DNA from: Pseudomonadota bacterium
GTDB lineage: Bacteria > Oederibacteriota > Muellerivitia > Muellerivitales > Muellerivitaceae
Length of the DNA: 64,000 nt
NCBI GenBank assembly: GCA_021324075.1
Contig: JAJPJW010000040.1
Location: 2,255 to 66,254, forward strand
Direction: 5' to 3'
Under the pieces are notes generated by a model that saw only the letters and a program-made list of their open reading frames with translations, ran no database searches and was not told the origin of the DNA. Numbering within the stretch: position 1 is the stretch's first letter; the number at the start of each line of letters is the position of its first letter. Below are positions 18,846 to 26,295 of the stretch, in pieces. Position numbers and translations under genes: made by a program.

Positions 18846-21422
18846 TTACTTCTTGGCGCCGGTGCGGCCGCCCTTGGCGATGAGGGCCAGGGTGTTGGCG
18901 ATGGCCACCGAGAGCGGCAGGTTGGCCGAAGCCGCCAGGTACTGGGGCGCCCATTCGGGGTTGAACCTCTCCTTTTCCTTGCGGATATCCCCCAGGCTCG
19001 AAGCGTGGGAATAGGGCGAGAGGATCTGGGCGATCTTGTCCTTGAAGGGGGCCAGGGGGCTTTCCTGCACGTCCAACAGCGGGGCCGTGCCCAGGTTGAA
19101 CCATTTGTAACCCTTGTCCTTGGCCCAAAGCATCGCCTCCAGGAGGAGGTAATCCTCCAATGCCGCCGGGGCCTCGTGGGAGGAGCGCAACAGGTCGGTC
19201 CGGATCTCTTCCTTGCCCCCGCTCTCCAGCAGGTTGGCGAAGGCCTCGACCTTGCCTTCCCGGCGCACCACGGCCAGGGGGAACCGCCGCAGGTAGTCCT
19301 CCTGGAAGAACCCCGTGGAAAAGCCCATTTCGCGGGTCTTGTTCTTGCTGAGCCACTCCTCCGAAACCCTCTTCAGCTCGGGAAGCAGGGCCGGCCCCGC
19401 CCCCTCGGGCAAAATCTCGAAACTATACTCTTCCTTCTCTTTGAACCTTTGGTGGGAAGTTTTCAGGTCCGCCGAGGCCAGGGAGTCCGGCTTGAAGGTT
19501 TTGAGCGGCATGCGGGCCTCCTCGCCCACCTTCACGACCGTCAGGCCCATGTCCAGGTAGAACTGGAAATGCTGGGGATCGACGAGGAAAAAGAGCACCC
19601 ACATCTTCCGGCGGTGGCAGAGGTCCCGGAACTTGACGGCCAGTTCCTCCCTTTCCTTCGCCTCCCCCACCGGGTCCCCCAGCACGATGTAGATGCGGCC
19701 TTCGATGGCGTACATCAGGAAGGCGTCGCGCTTCTTGTTGAAATTCAGGGCCTTGTCGCCCAGCAGGGCCAGGGCCGCCGAGGCCCGGCGGGATTTTTTC
19801 GCGGCGTCCAACGCCCTTTCCATGTCCGCCAAGCCCGGAAATTCGGTCTCCGGTTGGCTGGGCGAAAGCAGGGCGATGATGGAAAAAATGAACAATGACA
19901 GGGTCGCGCCCAGGCTGGAGCGGAGGAACCGGGCGGAGTCTTCCACCACGTCGAAGGTGGTCCAAAGGTCCGACGAGTAATCCTCGTAGCGGTAGCTGAA
20001 GACCCCGGTCCAGATGGAGCCCAGGAGGACGAAGAGGATGGCCGTCACCCAGAAAGGCGGGAATCGCTGTTGGAAAAGCGAGGTGCGGCGGGAGAAATAG
20101 CGGCCGCAGGGCAGGAGGGCGGCGAAGACGGCCAGCAGGGCCATGGATTCCTGGAAGTCGAAGCCCTTGAAGAGGCAGCCCAGGACCCCCGCGCCCAACA
20201 AGACAAGGCTGAAGACGTAGGCTGATTGGAGCCTTTGCTGGATTCCCCGGGCCGCCACCAGCAGCCAGGCCCCCGCCACGCCGGTGAGGAAGTGGGAGCT
20301 TTCCAGCACCCAGAGCGGCATGAGCTTGCTGAGTTCGGCCATGCGGTGGGCCGCTTCCGGGGTGGCGTTGGAGAAGAAAAGCAGCGAGCCGCCGCAAAAG
20401 GCGAGGGTGGCAAAGACATGGGGCGCGAAGTCGGGCGCGAACCGGTCGAGGATCTGGAAGGCCCGCTTGAAGCCTTCCTTGTTGCGGTTGATCTCATACA
20501 GCGCGAAGGACAGGAGGCCCAGCACGAAGGGGATCAGGTAATAGACCAGCCGGAAGGCCAGCATGGCCCCCAGGACGTCGGAGGCGGGAAGGATGGGCGA
20601 CAACAGGAGCACCACCACCGTTTCCAGCACGCCCAAGCCCCCCGGCACCTGGCTGGCGAAGCCGATGATCTGCGCTAAAAGGTAGATGGCCAGGAACGAG
20701 GGGAAGGAAAGGGAGTTGGGGGGCAGCAAGAGGTAAAGGGCGGCGCCCGAGCAGGTCCAGTCCAGCGAGCCCACCACCATCTGGCTCAGGGCCAGGGCGA
20801 TGGAAGGCGTGGGAAACTGCCAGCGGAAGACCTTGATCGTTCGCTTGATGAACACCGCGCTCAAAAGATAGGCCGTGACCGCCAGCACGCAGAAGACCCC
20901 CGCCGAGGCCACCGAATTGAAGGGCAGGTGCACCGAAGCGGGCAGTTCGGGCGGCTCAAGGAAGAAGAAAACCGCGCCCATGGTCAGGAAGCCCACCCAG
21001 AAGGTCATGCCGCAGGTCACCAGCACATTGGCCGCTTCCCCCGCCGTCAGGCCCCAGGCCGAGTAGAGGCGGTAGCGGATGCCGCCGCCGGTTAAGAGGG
21101 CCGCGCCGATATTGTGGCTGAAGCTGTAGGCGATGAAGGAGGTCAGCGCGGTCTTGGGGTAGGAAAGGGGCTTGTTGATGTGGCGCAGGCCCAGCATGTC
21201 GTAAAGGGTGAGGGCGAAATAGCTTCCCATGGCCGCCAGGAAGGCCAGGAAAAGGTTGTGGGCGGGGATGGCCTGGAGGTAGCGCAGGATGTCCTCGCTA
21301 TGGCTGGCCCTCACTTCCCGCCGAAGAACCCAGAGCGCGGCGTAGAAAAGCACCAGCACCGCCAGGATGCTGGCGGTCTGCCCGACTTTTTTTCGGGTTT
21401 CGGTTTTTTGCGCTTGTTCCAT
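18846..21422 (-). CDS. mprF: Bifunctional lysylphosphatidylglycerol flippase/synthetase MprF
   Basis: About 858 aa: a polytopic N-terminal half (..FAYSFSHNIGAALLTGGGIRYRLY..) plus a C-terminal DUF2156-type synthase half. ATG 21422 is preceded by GAGGA. Confidence 0.9.
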   Translation of the reverse strand: MEQAQKTETRKKVGQTASILAVLVLFYAALWVLRREVRASHSEDILRYLQAIPAHNLFLAFLAAMGSYFALTLYDMLGLRHINKPLSYPKTALTSFIAYSFSHNIGAALLTGGGIRYRLYSAWGLTAGEAANVLVTCGMTFWVGFLTMGAVFFFLEPPELPASVHLPFNSVASAGVFCVLAVTAYLLSAVFIKRTIKVFRWQFPTPSIALALSQMVVGSLDWTCSGAALYLLLPPNSLSFPSFLAIYLLAQIIGFASQVPGGLGVLETVVVLLLSPILPASDVLGAMLAFRLVYYLIPFVLGLLSFALYEINRNKEGFKRAFQILDRFAPDFAPHVFATLAFCGGSLLFFSNATPEAAHRMAELSKLMPLWVLESSHFLTGVAGAWLLVAARGIQQRLQSAYVFSLVLLGAGVLGCLFKGFDFQESMALLAVFAALLPCGRYFSRRTSLFQQRFPPFWVTAILFVLLGSIWTGVFSYRYEDYSSDLWTTFDVVEDSARFLRSSLGATLSLFIFSIIALLSPSQPETEFPGLADMERALDAAKKSRRASAALALLGDKALNFNKKRDAFLMYAIEGRIYIVLGDPVGEAKEREELAVKFRDLCHRRKMWVLFFLVDPQHFQFYLDMGLTVVKVGEEARMPLKTFKPDSLASADLKTSHQRFKEKEEYSFEILPEGAGPALLPELKRVSEEWLSKNKTREMGFSTGFFQEDYLRRFPLAVVRREGKVEAFANLLESGGKEEIRTDLLRSSHEAPAALEDYLLLEAMLWAKDKGYKWFNLGTAPLLDVQESPLAPFKDKIAQILSPYSHASSLGDIRKEKERFNPEWAPQYLAASANLPLSVAIANTLALIAKGGRTGAKK

Positions 21423-21434
21423 CAAAGTCCTCTA

Positions 21435-21536
21435 GCCACAGATGCACACAGATGCACACAGATGAGACTTTTTCTTTTAAAAATCATATTCATTTTTTCT
21501 CGTTTTTATCTGTGTTAATCCGTGTTCATCTGCGGC
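21435..21536. repeat. CAGATG-type inverted-repeat element, copy A3 (inverted relative to A1/A2)
   Basis: GCCACAGATGCACACAGATGCACACAGATGAGAC pairs with GTTTTTATCTGTGTTAATCCGTGTTCATCTGCGGC across an AT-rich spacer. Confidence 0.85.
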
Positions 21537-21563
21537 AAAAACTGCTTTTGCCGTGGTTTCGTC

Positions 21564-22208
21564 TCAAGGTGCCAGCCTTTCCCTTTTCCATCCGCCCGCC
21601 TTGCGCAGGTAAACCAAACGGTCGTGCAGGCGGCTGGGGCGTCCCTTCCAGAACTCGAGGGTCTCCGGCAAAAGACGGTAGCCGCCCCAATGGGGGGGCC
21701 GGGGGACCGGACGGCCTTCGTATTTTTCCTCCAGTTCCCGCATGCGCTTTTCCAAAACTTCCCGGTTGGGAATCAGCCGGCTCTGGTCCGAGGCCCAGGC
21801 CGAAAGCTGGCTTCCCCGGGGCCGGCTTTGGAAATAGTCGTCCGATTCCCGATCGGCGACCTTTCTCACCCGGCCGTCGATGCGCACTTGGCGGCTCAGT
21901 TGGGGCCAGAAGAACAGCAGGCTGGCCGCCGGGTGGCGGCTTAAGTCCCGGCTCTTGCGGCTTTGGTAATTCGTGTAAAAGACGAAACCCTTCCCGTCGT
22001 AGCCTTTCAAGAGCACCATCCGCGCCGAGGGGCGGCCTTGGGCGGAGACGGTGGTCAGGGCCATGGCATTGGCGTCCAGGACCCGGGCCTTGAGGGCTTC
22101 CCGGAACCACTTCTCGAAGAGGGCCAGGGGGTTGCGGGGGGCTTCTTTTTCGGTCAGGCCGCTGTTTCGGTACTCGCGGCGAAGGTGGGCGATGGAGTTT
22201 TTCTTCAT
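21564..22208 (-). CDS. pdxH: Pyridoxamine 5'-phosphate oxidase
   Basis: LRREY..DPLALFEKW..VLLKGYD.KGFVFYTNY.SRK..LLFFW..L.RQVRI.G..HWGGYRL.PE..EFW.GR.SRLHDR..Y. Collinear with E. coli PdxH. Confidence 0.95.
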   Translation of the reverse strand: MKKNSIAHLRREYRNSGLTEKEAPRNPLALFEKWFREALKARVLDANAMALTTVSAQGRPSARMVLLKGYDGKGFVFYTNYQSRKSRDLSRHPAASLLFFWPQLSRQVRIDGRVRKVADRESDDYFQSRPRGSQLSAWASDQSRLIPNREVLEKRMRELEEKYEGRPVPRPPHWGGYRLLPETLEFWKGRPSRLHDRLVYLRKAGGWKRERLAP

Positions 22209-22437
22209 GGCTGGGGGCTTATCCGGTCAAAAAGGTGGCAAGTTGCACGGTATTAAATACCACCATCCGCAACTTGCTATCCCCAAATTCTTCGGAATTT
22301 GGGGATCTGGTATATCCACAAGGATTTCTGAAATCCGTTACAGCATCATAACATTGAAAAGCTTGTCGCGAACTTTCAATGACCCCTAGAATGCCGCCTA
22401 CGAAATGAATTTATCTTAATTTTCGGGAGGTTATTTT

Positions 22438-23328
22438 ATGAAGGAGTTGTTTAAAAAGCTCGTTGTCGCCTTTTTGTTCCTCGCCGCCGTACCGGTTTTC
22501 GCCCAGGTCCCCAAGAACGCGGATTGGGACAAGCCCAGTTCCTTCGGGCCCACTCCCTCCGTTACTCCCGAACGGGAGATCAGGAAGAAGGTCAACCTCA
22601 GCCCCATGGACGACGAGGGCAAGCCCAACGGGTTGAAGTGCGGCGAGACTTACCAAGTCGATGTGACCGCGACCCAAAGGGTGGAACAATGCGAGGGTTT
22701 CGACTATACCCCCCTCTATGACCGGGCCAAATTCCTCGCCGATGAGAGGATCAACCAGATCCAATGCGCCCAGACCGATGATTGTCTCTCGCCCTACCGC
22801 TGGTATGGTTATTGGAACTGGACCTGTAAAGGAACCGAAGCCACGGTCCAGGTCACCGAGTTCGTCACCTGTCCCGCTAAAGGAGCCACCCTGACCGCCG
22901 GGTACGGCACCCAAGCCAAGACGGATAAGAAAAAGCCCCTGGACAAGCCCAAGGGCGGACCGCCGCCTTCCGAACCCGTGACGAACGGGGAATTTGTCAC
23001 CGAGTCTGGTATTTCTCAAAATGTGGATTGGGCCCTAGCCTGCGATTCAAAGCCCATGCCGGTGGCTTATACCTATGAAGTCAACAGCCCTTCGGCCCAG
23101 GCCTTGGAGACAGGCATGGGCAAAAGCGCCCTGGGTCGTAATTTTGAGTTTTATTTCAAGCTGGCGGAAGCCGAGGCCAAGAAATACCACGATCAGTTCA
23201 AATGCAGCCCCCCGGCCAATTGCAAGCTGAACCCGTTTAAGGTCGATTCGGCTTCCTGGACGGCCAACGGCGGCGCCCAAACCATCACCATCGTGATCAA
23301 TTTCACGGTGCAATGTGTGAAGAAGTAG
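22438..23328 (+). CDS. Secreted Cys-rich hypothetical protein (296 aa)
   Basis: GGGAGG before the ATG, signal peptide MKELFKKLVVAFLFLAAVPVFAQ, 11 Cys residues. No family recognised. Confidence 0.7.
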   Translation: MKELFKKLVVAFLFLAAVPVFAQVPKNADWDKPSSFGPTPSVTPEREIRKKVNLSPMDDEGKPNGLKCGETYQVDVTATQRVEQCEGFDYTPLYDRAKFLADERINQIQCAQTDDCLSPYRWYGYWNWTCKGTEATVQVTEFVTCPAKGATLTAGYGTQAKTDKKKPLDKPKGGPPPSEPVTNGEFVTESGISQNVDWALACDSKPMPVAYTYEVNSPSAQALETGMGKSALGRNFEFYFKLAEAEAKKYHDQFKCSPPANCKLNPFKVDSASWTANGGAQTITIVINFTVQCVKK

Positions 23329-23390
23329 GTTTCGGGGGTTTTCAGGGATAGAAAAAGCCGTTATTTCGGATACAATGGCTTCACTTTAAA

Positions 23391-23422
23391 GGCGCACCGG
23401 GTCCCCCGGCGCGCCTTTTTTT
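23391..23422 (+). terminator. Rho-independent terminator
   Basis: GGCGCACCGGG-tcc-CCCGGCGCGCC followed by TTTTTTT. Confidence 0.8.
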
Positions 23423-23447
23423 ACTACCAACCTAATACTTATTTGAC

Positions 23448-23470
23448 CCGGAGAGATGGCAGAGTGGTCG
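23448..23470 (+). pseudogene. Orphan 5' fragment of tRNA-Ser (23-nt duplicate)
   Basis: CCGGAGAGATGGCAGAGTGGTCG is identical to 23601-23623 (2 nt of leader plus the first 21 nt of the intact tRNA). The downstream sequence has no tRNA features. Confidence 0.8.
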
Positions 23471-23602
23471 GCGGCCCAGAGGGCCGGGACGGAAAATACC
23501 TTTAAGAATTGGAGTAGAATAATTTTTCCGCCCATGCGGCTTGGCCGCATTCGGAAATATAGTCAAAGAAAGCTAAAAACCTAGCCTATCAATATTCGAT
23601 CC

Positions 23603-23690
23603 GGAGAGATGGCAGAGTGGTCGAATGCGCCTGACTCGAAATCAGGTTTACCGCAAGGTAACGGGGGTTCGAATCCCTCTCTCTCCGCCA
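23603..23690 (+). tRNA. tRNA-Ser, anticodon CGA
   Basis: Hand fold: acceptor GGAGAGA/TCTCTCC, anticodon arm CCTGA-CTCGAAA-TCAGG, long variable arm TTACC-GCAA-GGTAA, T-loop GTTCGAATC, encoded CCA. Confidence 0.9.
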
Positions 23691-23761
23691 TATTTTAATT
23701 TGTTCCTCTTTATACGCTTTTTTCTTTTTGCTAGTAGGGGTTTTCGAGTTCTAGAGTGCGA

Positions 23762-25078
23762 TTAGACCAACAGACCTTTCGAACCAAATTTTGAGGGTTT
23801 TCTATTTCCAATGGATTTTGATTCGAATAAACCTTGTGCATTTTCAGTAACGAGACGGAATGCTTTTTGGCGTGGAGTTTTGAGAACACGATTGAACCCT
23901 CCATCCTTTGTGAGCGGAGAATTATCCGCCTTACCGTTCAATGAGCAGGGTGGAAAGATTTGATATGGAGTACTATCTCCTTTCGCCAATTTGGGTTTTA
24001 CGCCAACGAATCTAGATCTTGCTCCCTTTAGATAATCTTTATTTAGTTCACAGCAAACCCATTTTCGATTCAAAGATTCAGCCACTTCACCTGTAATGCA
24101 GGATCCTCCGAATGGGTCAACTATCAAATCTCCTTCATCAGTAAGCATCCGGATAAAATATTCTGGTAATCTTGAAGGAAAGCGTGCTGGATGAACCGGG
24201 AGATTGTTGGCTCTGCAATATTCTTGGTAGGCTCCGTTTGATTCAGTATTTGCGAGCGCCAATAGATTTGGTGGAACAGAACCACCATTGTTCTTTCCAA
24301 ACTTATCAGAAATATCATGACCAGACGGACGGAGTTTAGGAGTGTACCCATTTGTTAACAGGGACTTCATTGACTCGCTGTATGGAGCTAGAATTCTTTT
24401 ATTAGAAGCTTTTGGCCATGGAGTTTTCGATAACCACCATATGCAATTAATAGCATCTTTAACCCTGATTCGACGTACATTTACCCATTCTGCTGGAGTT
24501 GGAAGTTTCGCGGGATTCCACCAATAATGCTCTTGGCATAGATGAAACCCATATTCCCTGCATAGAGTAATTAATAGTTCGAAGTGATAAAGCGAACGAG
24601 TTGGAGTTCCTGCCTTCCATGCCCCTCCGATATCAATTACTAAACTACCTTTTTCTTTAAGTACACGACGCATTCCGTCAGCAAATGGCCTAAACCATTC
24701 AACATACCTATCGGCATCTTCGTTCCCGTAACTTTTTTTCCTAACAAGTCCGAAAGGTGGGGAAGTTACTATTAAATCTATTGAGTCTGTCTTTAATGTT
24801 TTATGCAATAACCCCAATGAATCGCCGTGAAATATTTTCCCGTGGGGAGTCTCAAGAAAAAGATCAGGTTCAGTTACGTTGTATTTAGCTTGTTCTTCAC
24901 GAACATAGTGTGTGCCGGATGAAGCGGAATGTTTTGATGTGTGGAGGAATCGAAGATAATCACTGAGATAATCAAAACCGGCCATCTCCGCCGTGTTCAA
25001 CATTTCCGAATATTCGGTATCGGTGAGGCGGAAATTGACTAGGCGTTTACGGGGATTGTTGGCTTTAGGCCGTGGCAT
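23762..25078 (-). CDS. DNA methyltransferase, beta-class N4/N6 type (TSPPF motif IV, DPFGGSCITG motif I) with an N-terminal RHH-like extension
   Basis: DSIDLIVTSPPFGL near the N-terminus and LIVDPFGGSCITGEVAE near the C-terminus give the beta-class motif order. SPPF rather than DPPY suggests N4-cytosine specificity. ATG 25078 is preferred over the TTG at 25096. Confidence 0.85.
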   Translation of the reverse strand: MPRPKANNPRKRLVNFRLTDTEYSEMLNTAEMAGFDYLSDYLRFLHTSKHSASSGTHYVREEQAKYNVTEPDLFLETPHGKIFHGDSLGLLHKTLKTDSIDLIVTSPPFGLVRKKSYGNEDADRYVEWFRPFADGMRRVLKEKGSLVIDIGGAWKAGTPTRSLYHFELLITLCREYGFHLCQEHYWWNPAKLPTPAEWVNVRRIRVKDAINCIWWLSKTPWPKASNKRILAPYSESMKSLLTNGYTPKLRPSGHDISDKFGKNNGGSVPPNLLALANTESNGAYQEYCRANNLPVHPARFPSRLPEYFIRMLTDEGDLIVDPFGGSCITGEVAESLNRKWVCCELNKDYLKGARSRFVGVKPKLAKGDSTPYQIFPPCSLNGKADNSPLTKDGGFNRVLKTPRQKAFRLVTENAQGLFESKSIGNRKPSKFGSKGLLV

Positions 25079-25117
25079 GTCATAAGTGTAATACAAAAAC
25101 CCGGTTCGTCAATGAAG

Positions 25118-25134
25118 TATTCGTAAGACGAATA
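25118..25134. promoter_or_regulatory. 7-3-7 inverted repeat between the nuclease and methyltransferase genes (candidate operator)
   Basis: TATTCGT-AAG-ACGAATA abuts the nuclease stop codon, 40-56 nt upstream of the methyltransferase ATG. Confidence 0.3.
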
Positions 25135-26130
25135 TTACATCTCTCGAAATTTATTTGCGGCACGAATGAATTGGCGTCTCGGCCATTGATTTCTATCTGG
25201 AGGAAGAAGTATTTCTCGGCCGAGATGGGTCTCAAAATCTCGGAGACCACCACCAAGACCTAAACGAACAAGATCATCTTTTTTCTTAGGGTTTATCAAC
25301 ATTCTCAAATCTTCAGAAAGGTAGATGAGTCCGCGATCATAGGCTCTGTGATAAGTCGGAGAAAGACACAACCCATTTTGAACCTCATCCATACTTCCTT
25401 CTGCGCCAACGGGCAAAATATGTGCCGCATCGATAAGTCGCAATTGTAATCCGGTAACACAACATTTTCGATCATATGCGACTACTACTTTTCGTCGGAA
25501 GTCACTATCCCGAGCAAGACGAGACACCTTTGTAACCACCCGCCTTCTCTCAGGAGCTATTCTTTCCATCTCACGGTCAGTGGGAGTCTCAAGGCGTCCA
25601 ACCTTTGAAAGAAGAGTAGAAACCGCAGCATCTGCTCCGCTTTCATGCAAGTTCTCGCAATTTAAACAGTATGCAAGCATATTGTCGGGCCGAAATGCCA
25701 CAGCGATTTCATCGTTACCTTTTCGCGAGAATGCAAAACCGTCACGAACTGCTTCCCGTAAGGCTAGTATGTTTATTTGTATAGATGGAGATTGTCGTGA
25801 GAAAGCTCTATGCTTTCTAAGGTCAAAGCCTGCAAAACATTTTGTGTTTGGCTCATAACCTAGAAGTAACGTCGGGCCACTTGGATTCTCAGGAAGAGGT
25901 GGAGTAACTGAAGTAAGCTGGATTCGATATTCGTCTTTTGGTCGTGCGGCACCACCGCCATGAGTTAAGGTCCAAATATATATCCAAATTGGAAACGAAG
26001 ATTCACCGGCTGTAACATAAAATCGTCTAGGTTGACTTCTCGGTTGAGATACAAGTAATGCCGCTGCGGATGAATCCGTAAAAGCATCTTCAATTGCATG
26101 TACAATTTCAGAGGAACTTAATGCAGGCAT
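25135..26130 (-). CDS. HNH endonuclease with an unassigned N-terminal domain of about 200 aa (putative restriction enzyme)
   Basis: The C-terminal CCVTGLQLRLIDAAHILPV..VQNGLCLSPTYHRAYDRGLI is an HNH (HNH_2-like) signature. The gene is co-oriented with and 38-56 nt upstream of the methyltransferase. Confidence 0.8.
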   Translation of the reverse strand: MPALSSSEIVHAIEDAFTDSSAAALLVSQPRSQPRRFYVTAGESSFPIWIYIWTLTHGGGAARPKDEYRIQLTSVTPPLPENPSGPTLLLGYEPNTKCFAGFDLRKHRAFSRQSPSIQINILALREAVRDGFAFSRKGNDEIAVAFRPDNMLAYCLNCENLHESGADAAVSTLLSKVGRLETPTDREMERIAPERRRVVTKVSRLARDSDFRRKVVVAYDRKCCVTGLQLRLIDAAHILPVGAEGSMDEVQNGLCLSPTYHRAYDRGLIYLSEDLRMLINPKKKDDLVRLGLGGGLRDFETHLGREILLPPDRNQWPRRQFIRAANKFREM

Positions 26131-26295
26131 TTAATCCCCTTTTCGATAATAAAACATTTTCTCATGACAACTATTTATCAAACAACGAATTTATGTGTGT
26201 TGAAAAGTAACCATTCTTTTTACTAAAAACGTCAAAAAGGAACTTTATTTCTGATGTAGGATTGAAGCATAGGGTTCTAAACGCATCAATAACAG

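Noticed and set aside
18751-19356. Upstream extension of the C40 lipoprotein ORF
   Set aside because: It overlaps mprF and repeat A2, has a Gly/Pro/Arg-rich composition, and its lipoprotein signal only makes sense from GTG 18750.
12154-21536. The roughly 10-bp CAGATG tandem units considered as a CRISPR-like array
   Set aside because: The units are only about 10 bp, contiguous without spacers, limited to three per arm, and arranged as inverted arms. No cas genes are present.
23498-23509. 12-mer ACCTTTAAGAAT shared with 26529-26540, considered as a further island boundary repeat
   Set aside because: My estimate is that on the order of a hundred 12-mer coincidences are expected by chance in 64 kb, and there is no extension of the match.
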